Shown: piece by piece, positions 21,468-35,400 of the stretch
Position numbering within the stretch: position 1 is the first letter of the stretch
Layout of the letters: every line of letters begins with the position of its first letter
Virus record (IMG/VR): IMGVR_UViG_3300033463_000095
Span: 1-64,000 of that record
DNA length: 64,000 nt
Direction: 5' to 3' (one strand)
Source of the DNA: a virus
Lineage: Duplodnaviria > Caudoviricetes
Notes under the pieces: model-generated
Seen by the model: the letters and a program-made list of their open reading frames with translations, nothing else
Told to the model about the DNA's origin: nothing
Database searches by the model: none
Made by a program: the position numbers and the translations under genes

Positions 21468-21528
21468 TCAATAATAAAAGGGATTTTTTATTTTGTAATA
21501 AAAATAAAAAAGGAGGAAAAGGATTATT

Positions 21529-24500
21529 ATGGCTGATAGACAAATTAAATATGAAATTGATGTCGAGTTAAAAAGAGACTCTTTCGAAAAAATTAAAAAA
21601 AGTTTATTAGATTTAAATAAAACTTTAACAGGAAATATAAATAAAGCAAGTCCTATTCGAGATATGTATAATTTATTAGACAAGTCTTGAAATAAAAAAT
21701 TGGATCAATTAGATTTAAGTAAAATTTACGGAGAAATAAATAAAAGTGGACAATCTTTATTAGATTTTAAAAAATCTTTAGAATCTATGGGACCTGCAGG
21801 GGCTCAAGCTTATAATGATTTTAGTCGAGCTGTTTTAAATACAAATTTACATCTTTCTGAAGGTAGTAAATTATTAGATAATATGGCAGATACTATGGCT
21901 AAGACTGTTAAGTGGGGTATTGCTTCTCGTATAATGAATAACATGGTTGGTTCAATAGAGAAAGCATGAAGTTTTAGTGTTAAATTAGATTCGTCATTAA
22001 ATGATATTAGAATAGTTACTGGTAAAAGCGCAGATGAAATGGAGCGTTTTGCGGTAACAGCTAATAAAGCTGCAAAAGCATTAGGTGCTAGTACAAGAGA
22101 TTATACAGAAGCATCTTTAATTTATTATCAACAAGGTTTAACAGATCAAGAGGCTCAAAGAAGGGCGGAAATCACTCTTAAAGCAGCTAATGTTACAGGT
22201 CAATCTGCACAAGAGGTATCTGAACAATTAACTGCAGTATGGAATGGTTATAATGTCGCTCTTGGAGAAACAGAAGAATATGTAGATAAATTAGCGGCAG
22301 TTGCTGCAAGTACAGCTGCTGATCTAGAAGAGTTATCTACTGGTATGAGCAAAGTAGCATCTGCTGCCGCAACTATGGGTGTAGACATTGACCAATTAAA
22401 TGCTCAATTAGCTACTATTGTTTCTGTTACTAGACAAGCTCCTGAATCTGTTGGTACTGCTTTAAGAACAATTTATGCTCGTATGGGTGATATTAAAGCA
22501 GGACTTGATGAAGAAACCACTCTTGGTAATTATACATCTAAGATGGCTCAATTAGGAGTTAATGTTTTAGATGCGAATGGTAATTTAAGAGAAATGGGAG
22601 ATGTTGTTGAAGAAATTGGTAATAAATGAAATGATTTAACTAATGAACAACAAGTCGCTCTTGCTCAAACAATGGCTGGTACTAGACAATATAATAATTT
22701 GTTAGCATTATTTAATAATTGAGATATGTACACAAAAGCTTTAAATACTTCTGCAAATGCTGCAGGTACTTTACAAAAACAACAAGATATTTATATGGAA
22801 AGTACTGAAGCTCATTTACAACAAATGAGAACCGAAGCAGAAAAAACATATGATATATTATTTGATACAAAAACAGTAAATAGTTTTATTGATGCTTTTA
22901 CAGGACTTAATAGCGTATTTAATACGTTTTTAAAAGGTCTTGGCGGAGGAATGAATGATTTTGTTTATTTTGGTTCACTTTTAACCAATATCTTTAATAA
23001 ACAAATTGCAGGTGGAATTGAAAATTCAATTCAAAAATTAAGAAACTTTAATGATAATAAAAAAACTATAGAGTTATTTGAGAACATAGTTAAAGAAGGT
23101 AAGGCTGGATATACAGATGAGAATGGCCAAATGATATATGATATTACTGAGGCTGAAGCTGCAGATTTTGAACGTGCCAGTCAACTATTAAAATTACAAA
23201 GAAGTATAAAAAACGAAGATTTTAATAGACTAAATACTTTAAGACAACAAATTTTTGCGTATGATGAAATTCTTGAAAAAAGAGCTCTTGAAGATGGTAT
23301 TGGTAGTGACATTACTAAAAAATTAGCTGATGAACTTGCTTCTTTAACGAACAAAAGAGAATTAATAACAGACGTTACTCAAAAAGAATTGTTAAATACA
23401 GAAGCTGCAAAAGAACGAATTGCTATTTTGTTAGAAAGTAAAGCCAGTGAATTACAAAAAGTACAATTAAAAACTTTAAATGAAAAACTTGATAAGGGAG
23501 AAATTTTAACTGAAGAAGAAATACAAAAATTATTAAAAATTCAAGAAGAAATAAAAATTAAATTATTACATTTAGAAGAACAAAAATCAAAAGCATTAGA
23601 AATATCTAAGGAACATGAAGAAGATGAAACCGCTGCAATTCAATATCGAAGAGATGCGCTTCAAAAGGAATATGAAGATGAAACAAAAATTAAATTTGAG
23701 GCTCAAGAAATAGGAGATATTGTTAAAGGAATTTCTATAGCAACTCAATTGTGAGTTTCAGGAACTGGGATAGTAAAAACACTTTTTGATGATACTTTAA
23801 CAGCAGGAGAAAAGCTTTCTCAAATATTTAGTGTACTTTCTTCAAGTTTAATAACAATAGCATTACATGCAAAAGATTTTAAAGAGATTGGAGCTTCTTT
23901 TGTAAAAGTATTTGCTAAAATAGGAATAGAAGGAATGGTTGCGGTTGCAGCTATTACTGCAATGGTAGGAATTTTTGTTTTAGTTACTGATGCTATAAAA
24001 GAAAGTCAAAGAGAAATTGAAAAACTTGAACAAGCCACAAAATCTTTTGCTGACCAAGCAGAAAAGTTAAAAAATGAAGCTAAAGAAATAAAAGACACTT
24101 TTGATAAATATACTTCTATAGAAAAAACTTTAGAATCTTGTGCTGAGGGCTCTGAAGCTTGAAATAAAGCTATTGAAGAGCTTAATAAAAATATTTTAGA
24201 ATTAACTCAAAAATATCCTGATTTATTAAAAGTGCAAAATTTGTTTACTAGAGATAGTTCTACAAATGCTTTATTGGTAAATAAAGATACTCTAAATAAT
24301 TATCTTGCTGAGTTGAATAATCAGGAAAGAATTTCTCAAATTGCAAGTTTATCTAGTGGAGCAAAAGCAAAACAACTAAAAACTGAAAGTTCTAGAGAAA
24401 ATTTATTAGATAGAATAATAAATAGTATAGCTTCAACAGAAATAAGTTCGAATATACTTTTTGGAGGGAAAAAATTTACTCAAGAAGAATTTAATGACAC

Positions 24501-27500
24501 TAGAGAAAATTTAAATAAAAATTTATCTAGTTTATCTAATTTAACTCAAGAAGAATATAAGCAACAATTAGAAAAAATAGGTATTGATAAAAAATATATA
24601 GATAATTTAATAAAATATCAATCTCAAATAGATTTATTAATACAAAGTACAAATGATGTTTCGAACTCTTTAAAAAATACAGCTACTTTAATAGCTGAAA
24701 CAGATCTTGGAGCTTGAACATCAGAAACAGAAAAACAAATTTATTCAAGTAAATATTTACAAAATTATAATGAAATAAGAGAAAACACTATAAAAGAAAT
24801 AAATTCATTAAATAGAGTTTTTACTGATACAAATAAGGTTGCGGATTTAATAAAAAGATATAATGCAGCTATGGGAACAAATTATGAAATGGCTCAAGGT
24901 GGAAATTTTGTAAAATATGGGGGAGCTAATAGACAAATTTTAGTTCAAAATGGTGAACAGACTCAATATTTTACAAGAGAAGAACTTGCTTCTGGAATTG
25001 CTGCGGGCGAAGCTAGAAGTGGTATTGGTAAATTAAAAATAGATGAAATAGCACAAGAATTTAATCAAAAAATATCTAATAATATAGAAGGAATTTCAGA
25101 ATTATTAGCAGATCAAATTCTTTCAAGAACTTTTACATCAAAATCTTTAAATGAAAGTACTTATAATTTAATAAAAGATAATATAGATAATATTGATAAT
25201 CTTTTTTCAGATTCAGATTGAGAACAAATGGGATATTTAGGTCAAGAATGGGCAAATAATATTCGAGAACAATTTAAAAATAATTGAAATCAAGAAGAAT
25301 ATCAAAATTTCATTAAAGAACAATTTGAAAGTTCTTTATCTGCTGCAAGCGCATTAGCAAAAGAAAAATATAATTTTGATGAAAAAGATTTTGAAAACTA
25401 TGGTCGATATATTGCAGAAATAGCAGATGAGTCTGAAGAATTGGCAGATGCCTTAGAAAAAGATGGTCAAGCTACAGGAATTGTCGTTCAAAGTATAATG
25501 AGAATGAATAAAGGTATCGAAGATCTTGCTAAAGGAATTGAAAATTGGTTAGATATTTTAAAAAATAGTACCAAAGAATCTTATGAATATTGAGAAGCTT
25601 TAGATGGAATAAGAAAAAGTTTAGCAAATATATTAGATATTGAAGAAGATTTAATTGATTATAAATTTATTGTTGGCGATGAAAATACTGAAGGACATCT
25701 TGATGATATTACATTAGCTGCAGAGGGTAATGCAGAAGCAATAGAAAGATTAAGAGATGCTTATGCAGATCAAGTAATATTAGATATTGCAGCAAATATG
25801 GATTTTACAGATGAAAGTATTAAAACAACAAAAGAAAAAATGGTTGAAGCAATAAATGATATTCAAGCACAAATTCCTAATATAGATATTGGACCAGTAA
25901 ATGATGAAGACTTCATTAATTCTTTGCAAGCAATTATCGACAATGCTAATATGACAGTTGAAGATGCTAACACAATGTTTTCTGCGTTAGGTTTTCAAGC
26001 TGAATATCAAGAGGATAACCAACAAACCACTTCTACAGTTCCTGTTTATACAACATATGAAAAAATCAATGAAACCCCAAAAGATGATAAGGGAGAAGAA
26101 ATTCCTGGATATAGAGCTAAAAAAAGTACTTTTACAGTTCAAACAGATACTGTCACTTTACCTGGATCTATAGCTAGTTATTCAATGGGAGTTACTACTA
26201 ATGATGGTAAAAATGTTAGAAAGCCTCAAATTAAAAAATTAATTAAAAAAGGTACTGGAGCTTCTAATAATTATTCTTCTAGAAATGCTGGAGGCGGTAG
26301 CCCAGGAAAATCAAGTGGTGGTAGCGGTGGAGGCGGAGGTTCTTCTAAACAGCCTAACACAATTGATCCAATTGAAAAAGAAAAAGATAGATATCATGAT
26401 GTAAATATTCAATTAAAACAAATAAGTAATGAATTAAATAAATTAGATAAACAAAAAGATAAATTGTTTGGTGATGATTTAATTGAGAATTTAAATAAAC
26501 AGCTAGAATATTTAAATCAACAAATAGATACCACTAATGAAAAAATGAAAATTGCGGAAGGTGAAGCTCAAGAATTACAAGGTAAGCTTGCTGCAAGTGG
26601 TGTTACATTTAATCCAGATGGAACTATAAGTAATTATGCCCAAGCATATCAAGCTCAATTAAATTATGTAAATGGAATTATTAATCAATATAATTCAATG
26701 GGAGCTGAAGCTCAAGAAGGCTTTAAAGATACTGTTGAAAATGCAAAAGAAAATTTTGAAAAATTTATTGATAATATTAATAGATATGATGAAGTTATTA
26801 CTGATTTAATACCAGGTCTTGCCGCAGATATCCAAGATGCTGTTGATAAACAAATTGATATTCAAATTGAAGAATTTGATATGGAAATTGAAATTCGTTT
26901 AGACATGGCTGAGGCGGAAAGAGATTGAAATGAATTTAAAAAGAAAATAATTGATGGTATAAAAGATGATGATATATTAGGCAATGCAATGGCTAAATTA
27001 GTAGATTTCTCTTCTTATTATAAAGAAGATGATACTGGTGCAGCTCAAGCATTAAGAAAACAAATTGATAATACATTAAAAGAATTATCTCAAATGGATG
27101 AAACTGGAACATCTAGAGTTTATGGTGATAATAGAACTGCTGCTCTTGAAGATTTAAAGAAATATTATGATGAATTAAGAAAACAAATGCAAGATATTTT
27201 AAAACTTCAAGAAGAAATTCATAAATCTTATATTGACATGATGAATGAAGCGCAAGAAAAATTTGATGAACAAGTTAAATCATATGAAATGATTAGTAAA
27301 TTAGTTGAACATGATAAAAAAGTTATTTCAATGGTTTATGGCGAAGATGCTTATCGCCAATTAAGTGCTTTTTATGATAAGCAAGAATTAAATTATAAAG
27401 CTCAATTAGATTTCCAAAAACAACAAGTTGAATTCTGAAAAGAACAAATGGAAGCTGCGGAAGCCGGTTCTGAAGCGTGGGACGAAGCCAAGGAGAAATG

Positions 27501-29394
27501 GGCGGCCGCAACAGAAGAATTAAACAGTTTAATTGAAACTTCTATTGAAAATCTAGAAGATAAATATTTAAATGCAATAAATGCTATATTCCAAGATTTA
27601 AATAATAAAGTTACTAGTGGAGCTGGACTTGATTATGTAGAAGAAGAGTGAAATTTAATAAATAAAAATGCAGAACAATACTTAGATAATATTAATAGAT
27701 TATATGGTATTCAAGCATTAGAAAATAAATATTTAGATGCAATTAATGATAATGATAATATTGCCGCACAAAGACAACTTAAGAGAATAATGGATGAAGA
27801 ACTTAAAGCCCTTCGTGAAAGAGATAAATTAACAGAATATGATATTGAAAGAGCAAATAAGAAATATGAAATTGCATTAAAACAAATTGCCTTAGAAGAA
27901 GCTCAACAAAATAAAACACAATTAAGATTAAGAAGAGATACTCAAGGTAATTATAGATATGAATTTATAAGTGACATTGATCAAGTTAATCAATTACAAA
28001 ACGATTTAGATGATTTGTATAATTCATTATATAATTTTGATAAAGAAAATTATGCAGATAATTTAAATCAATTATATGATGTATGAAAAGAATTCCAAGA
28101 TAAAATGGCGGAAGCCGCACAAATTAATGATCCTCAAGCAAGAGCTGAAAGAGAGTTATTAATACAACAACAATATAGTGATTTAATAAATGGATTAGTT
28201 GAACAAAATGAAACTATTCGTAGTAATTTATATGATTCTGCTTTTGAAGATTTAGCTAGATTATATGATAAAGATAAAAACAACTTCCTACAAATGACTC
28301 AAGCTGAACAAGATGCAATAATGAATGATTTAATTCCTTATTGAGACGCGGGAGTTCAACATATGGCTGATGTATTTGCAGGCGAAGGTGGATTTATTCC
28401 AACTTGTGAAGATGCTATTGATGAACTTCATGAGGCTACTAAAGAGTATGAAGATGGATTAAAAGAAGTTGAAAATACTGCTGATATTAGTTTTGATAAT
28501 ATTGGTAATGGTATTGATGATGTAATTGATAAAACTCAAGAACTATTAAAAGATAATAATGATTTAATTGATAGTTATAAAGAAGAAATGGATGCTATTG
28601 GTGGAGTTGTTAATGAATTAGATAATTTAGTTAATAAGTACCAAGAAAGCGCGGACGCCGCTAAGGCAGCGGAGAAGGCAGCTTATGATTATTGAAGTGA
28701 ACAACAACGTCAAGCAGCAGAGGCCGCCGCAAGAGATCAAGCTGAAAAAGAACGTAAAGCCGCAGAAGAAGCAGCTAAGAAAGCAGCAGAACAACCTGCT
28801 CCAGCACCGGTTGCCGCAGCTCCAAGTTATAGTAGTGGCGGAGATGGTCAATTAAATATTGGTGATACTGTTACATTTAGTGGAACTTATTATGCTACTT
28901 CGTATGGTGAAGGTTCAAGTGGTTCATTATATTCAGGTGTAGCTCAAGGAGTTATAGTTGATAGAATTAATGGAAATCCATTTGGTGTACATATTCACAG
29001 TGCTGATGGTAGATATCCTGCATTAGGTTGGGTTAGACGTTCTCAACTATCTGGATATGATACTGGAGGTTATACTGGTGAATGAGGTAATTCTGGTCGT
29101 CTAGCTTTATTACATCAAAAAGAATTAGTATTAAATCAACAAGATACTAGAAATTTATTAAATGCAGTTAATATAATGAGAACAATTACTAATACTATTG
29201 GTAGCAAAGTATTAGATAGATTAGCTACTATAAGTGCAAATAATGGATTTAATGGTGGAGTTGGTGGAGTATTAGATCAAAATGTTAATATTCAAGCAAC
29301 ATTCCCTAATGTAAGAGACCATAATGAAATAGAAGAAGCCTTAAATAATTTAGTTAATCGTGCTTCACAATTTGTACAAAACAAAGAGAGATAA
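21529..29394 (+). CDS. Tape measure protein (2621 aa)
   Basis: Thirteen ORF-track fragments lie in one frame joined by TGA. TP901-type TMP core near 22040-22700 (LSTGMSKVAS...SVGTALRTIYARM), long coiled coils, C-terminal SH3-like segment and YDTGGYTG. Confidence 0.9.
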
Positions 29395-29420
29395 ATTTAA
29401 TTATCTCTCTCTTTTTATTT
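29385..29420 (+). terminator. Intrinsic terminator after TMP
   Basis: AGAGAGATAA-ATTTAA-TTATCTCTCT plus T-tract. Confidence 0.7.
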
Positions 29421-29460
29421 GGTCTAATTTAAATAAGATAGAATAATAAAAATTCATATA
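29421..29460 (+). promoter_or_regulatory. Putative late promoter motif copy
   Basis: GGTCTA-N29-ATATA immediately after the terminator. Confidence 0.6.
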
Positions 29461-29486
29461 AATTAAGAAAATTGGAGAAAAAGGAG

Positions 29487-32400
29487 ATGGAAGAAAATAT
29501 GTATGAAAATAAAATATTAGACGCCATTCAAATGCTAGTAGATAATGCTATTGATAAAGCAAGTTTCGATAAAACTATTAGAGGTGTTATTTCTAAATGC
29601 GTAGATGAAAAGAATGGTAAATATGTAGTTATTTATCAAGATAGTTCTTTTTATGCGTATAGTACAGATACTAGCCAAATTTATAGTGCGGGAACTCCTG
29701 TATATGTTTTAGTACCTCGAAACGATATGAAACAAACTAAAACTATTATTGGTTCAGTTAATAAACTTGGTTCTGATTACATTAATACTATTGAAAGTAC
29801 TGATAGATATGAAGTTATTGGTAATTCAGTAGCTACTTTAGATTCAGAACAAGGGGTTTGTTCTTATAAAGTTGATGGAGATGCTTTAATTCTATATGAT
29901 AAAACTGCAGTTAGTTCAATAGTAGATATTGATACAGTTGCGGCAACCACTTATATAAAACAAGCTAAATACTTAACTTTAGGTGGAGAATTTAGAACAG
30001 CTTTAGCAAAAGAGCAAAGATATAAAGGTAATTATGGATTAGGTTTTGATATTAATTTTACAGATAATATGACTAATGAAACTGTTAAAAGAACATATTT
30101 AGTTGATGTAAATAATATGTTAGGTAATCCTTATGAATATACAAAAGCAAGTAATCAAAAAGTAGTATTTGACATTGATGGTGCTAATTTTGTTGATATA
30201 GATAAAATTTATTTATTTTGTTATGACTTCCCTGTTACAACTGCGGAAACGAAACCAGACGATATATTCGTGGTTAATCTTACTTTAGAGGCAGCCGCCG
30301 CGCTTACAGATGATGAATTAGCAGGAAATAAATTAACTTTAATAACTCCTCAAGGAATCTATTTTAGTAATAATGACAGTATCACATCTAGCAGAAAAAT
30401 TGACACAGAGGTTAAAATAGATAACAAAGTGGTTAACAAAGATTCGAGTCTTTTAAAATATTTTTGATTTAAAGAGAATTATAGTATAAATACATCTAGT
30501 CTATTGTATAATAGATATGGTGGTAATGGTTGGGAATGTTTAAATGAATATAATATAGTTGAAACTGATGGTAATAATAATCCAACTTTAATAGATTGAA
30601 TAACTAATCAATCTAGTTATCTCATAAGAAAAAGTAATACAATAGCGAGAGAGACTGATTACAAGTGTGTAGTTTCTTACAATAATGAAATTGTATTAAC
30701 TAAAAAATTTACTGTTTATAATTATAGTTCTAATTATATTGTAACCATTGATTCAGATAGTGGAACTTATTTTTCTTATGATAATGGACGTCCTACATTA
30801 ACATGTACAGTTAATCAAATTGGTAGTTATGAGTATGTTTGAGGTATGATGAATGGCGGAGGCGCTTTTACTCCAATTCAAGAAACTACAACTACAAATA
30901 CGGCATATCATACTGCCGCAGATAGATATACTGAGTTAGAAACTGGTTTAAGAAATGGAACTATTGTATTAACTTCAGCAATTCAACAAGAGTTTAGTGA
31001 TTTAAAATATACTTTAGAACAATATAATAATGATATTATGAGAGTAGAAGATAATGTTATTTATAATTTAAAATTAAATATGATAACTAATTTTGCTACT
31101 TTTGTATGTTCAGTTTATAATAATGGAGCTTATATTGGTAAAGGCTCTATTAAAATAGAAAACGATTTAAATACTAGTGATAATAGTTATACTTTAATAA
31201 TTAATAATGGAGACCAAGTATTTAAATATAATGGAGATGGAATTTCTCCAACTAGTAGATCATTAGATAAGCCTCAAGAATTATATCCATTATCTTTTAC
31301 TTTATATGATGAAAAAGGTAATGAGATTAGTAATGATGTAATAAACGCAGATAAGGTATATTGGACAGTACCTACTTCTGATACTATGATTAAAGTATCT
31401 GCAGTTCATGGTAATCCAAGTGAAGTTGATGAGTATGCGGAAACTGCTACTTATACAGGCTATAAATCATTTAATTTTGAAATACCTGTATTATACACTG
31501 CTAATAAAACAAGAAACACAATTCAATTAAAAGTTAAATATAAAAATAAAATAGTAGTTGCTAATACTGAATTAATGTTCTTAAAAGAAGGTGAGTCAGG
31601 TTCTAATGGTACTGATTTTATATGTAGAATTGTACCTAATACAATAGATGGAGCTATACCTCCTTTATATCCAATAGTAACTTGAAATAATAATGCGGCA
31701 GCTGGTGCTACTAACCCAGTAATTAACTTTACACCTCGAACTAGTGGAGTATGGTTTAAGGCTCAATTATATCATAATGGTAGTGAAATATTCGATAGTC
31801 CTGTTTCTGGACCTACAACTGAAGATAAAAATGTCATACTTAAATGGGAAATGATAAAAAACAAATATGATACAACTCATTCAGATGTATCTAATTTTAA
31901 TGTTAATAGTTCTACTGGAGTTTTTAGTTATGATAATTTAGATAATATTACAAATGAAACTTTAAAATCTAATCCTGTAAATATAGTTAAATGTACTTTG
32001 ACTTATGATGAAATTGATTATGTTGCGACAATACCTATTATACTAGTTAAAGTTAATAATAGTGGAAGTGCACAATATAAGGTTGAATTAATTGAAAATA
32101 CAGGATTTAGATATGCGATGTATACAACCGACGGCCGCACTCCTATTTATGATAATTCTAATCCATTTGCATTAAAGGTTATACAAACAGTTGAAAATAC
32201 TGACCAAGATATTAGTATAAATACATTAACTGATTATGCTGTTGATTATAATTGAAGTGTAAAAGGTTTAATTTATGCTAATGATTGAGAAACTCAATCA
32301 AATTTAATTTTAGATACTTTACGTTCTAGAAATTTACAAAGAAATGAAAAATATTATAAACCTGTTGATAATTTTAATGGTTTATGTTTAAGTAATGCAT

Positions 32401-35400
32401 TATTTTGTGATATTAAAAGAAATAATGTAACTTTAGCAACTATTCACTTACCAATTCATATGTATTTAAATAGATATGGAAATGCGGCAATGAATAGTTG
32501 AGATGGAAATTCCATTGCTATTGATAATGATGGTGGTTTCATTTTAGCACCTCAAGTTGGAGCAGGTAAAAAAGAACAAGATAATTCATTTACAGGTGTA
32601 TTTATGGGTTCAGTTAAAGAAGCTGGATCTAGTGAAGAAGAAGTCGGCCTATTTGGATATAATAGCGGTGCCCGCACACTTGAATTGAATTCAAAAGATG
32701 GTTCTGCTAAATTTGGTAAGGTTGGAAAAGGTCAAATTATAATTGAACCAGGTGAAGATAAAGCAGTTATTCAATCTGGTGATTATGAAATGATATTATC
32801 TCAAGCCTCAGGTAAATATATTGCTGGTAATGTATATTTTAGAAGAGCTGATAATGTATATACTGAGCTTGATGAAGGTACTGATTATCACAATGGAGAT
32901 AATATTACAGGTGGTAACATTTATGTATGAACTGATGGTTCTGGTATGGAAATTGACTTAAATGATCCGCATATTAGATTCGGTAGTGGCAATTTTAGAA
33001 TTGATTCAGATGGTAACGTGTATGCTAAGGGTTATGCTACTATTGCTGAATTGGAAGCTGGAGATGTTAATATCCCTGGTATTGAAAACTGGAAAGCTGA
33101 GTACGCTACTGATAGAGTTCAATTTGAAACAGATTCAACATTAACACCTGTTGACACTAATTTAACAAAAACAATTACAGGTAAATGTTTATATAAAGAT
33201 AGTTATGTATCTGGTTATACAGTTCAATTAGTTGATGCAGGCGGAAATCCAATTACACATGATCAAACTACTGATGGTATTGGAATTTCAACTAATACAA
33301 CTGGACAAGTATTTACAATTAGTTTTAATGCACAATCCCAATATACATGAACTAATGCAGTAAATAATTATAATTTTAAATTTAGTTATACACCTATTGG
33401 TAGTACAACTCAAAGTATAATTAAACAATTTAGTGCTAATGCAGTTATAATGGCAGAGGATGGAAGAGGTATTACTTCTGTTGAAGTAAGATATCAAAGT
33501 GGAATATCTGGAACCACTCCTCCTAGTGATGAATCTGGATGGGTAGTAAATCCTCCTAGTGTTGCTCAGGGAAATTATTTATGAACAAGAACTAAAATAA
33601 ACTATTCAACTGGAAATCCTGACATTAGTTATTCAGTTGCCTATATGGGTACTGATGGTCAACAAGGTCAAGCAGGAGCGTCTTCTTATACTTATGTAAG
33701 ATATTCAATTAATTCAACAGGTAATCCAATGGTTGATACTCCAACTAGTGAAACTAAATATGTTGGTATTTATAGTGGAAATAGCTCTACAGTTCCAGCT
33801 TATACTGCATTTACTTGATCTAAGTATGTAGGTGAAAATGGAGCTCCTGGAGTTGGAGTTTCTAACACAGAGGTAAAATATCAAGGAAGCTCTTCTGGAA
33901 CTACTCCACCTAGTAGTGAAGCAGGATGGGTAGATGCACCACCTACTGTAACACAAGGAAATTATTTATGAACAAGGGTAAAAATAACTTATACTAATAA
34001 TACTACTTCAACAAGTTATTCTGTTTCTTATATTGCAGAAGATGGAACTGCAGGAACTTCTTATTATACATATATAAGATATTCTGCTAATAGTGATGGA
34101 AGTAATATGGTTACAAATCCAACTAGTTCAACAAAATATATTGGAGTTTATTCAGGAACTAGTTCAACAGTTCCAGCTTACACATCTTTTATTTGGTCTA
34201 AATATATGGGAGATAATGGTGATAATGGTAGAGGCATTACATCTGTTGTTATTACTTATCAAGAAGGTACTTCTGGAACCACTCCACCAAGTAATGTTAG
34301 TGGTTGAGTAAACAACCCTCCGAGTGTAACCCCTGGTAACTATTTATGAACAAGAGCTATAACAAATTATACTGATTCAAGTTCTCCTTCTATAAGTTAT
34401 TCAGTTGCGAGAATGGGATTAGATGGACAAACTGGAGCTCAAGGGCCTGCGGGACCAGCTGGAAAAGACGGAACTTCAGTTACAGTTAAAGGTTCTTATA
34501 ATACTTTATCAGATTTGATTACTGCACATCCAAGTGGCAATACCTTAGGTGATGGATATGTTGTTGGAAACGATTTATATGTATATACAAATGCGGCTGG
34601 CGGTGGAGGATCTCAAACTGGCGACTGGAATGATGTAGGTCAGTTTAAGGGATTAGATGCAAAGAGATGCTTTATAGTAGCTTCTACTGAGGTATTTAAA
34701 TCTACAAATGGAGGAAGTACATTTACTCCAACATCAACAACTATAACTCCTTATTTCCAAGCTGTAAGTTATACAAGTTGAGCTTATAGTACAAATGGAG
34801 GAAGTTCATTTACTACTATAACAGGAACTGTTAGTGGTATTTCAATTGATAATACTTCAAAAGTTTTAACATTACAAAATTCAAGTACATTATTTAATAC
34901 AAACTCAACATTAGTATTTAAATGTTCTACTGATGATGCTGATGTTTTTGATACTATTACAATTACTAAGATTCAAGATGGTGTAAATGGACGTGGAGTT
35001 ACTTCTACTTCAGTTACATATCAAGCTGGTACAAGTGGCACTGTAGAGCCTTCAGGAACATGGTCTAGTTCAGTCCCATCTGTAAGTACTGGTCAATTTT
35101 TATGAACTAAAACAGTATTAACCTATACTGATAATACATCTACAACTAGTTATGCAGTTGCATATAGAGGAACAAATGGAACTTCTATTACTATATCAAG
35201 TCAAAGTATTCAATATGCTCAAGGAGATAGTGGAACTACTGCTCCTAGTAGCGGATGGCAAAGTTCAATACCTTCAGTTGCAGATGGTAAATATTTATGG
35301 ACTAAAACTACTGTTAACTACTCTGATAATACTACAACGACTAGCTATTCAGTATCATATCAAAGTATTGATGGTGTTAATGGAATTAGTGCTACAAATA

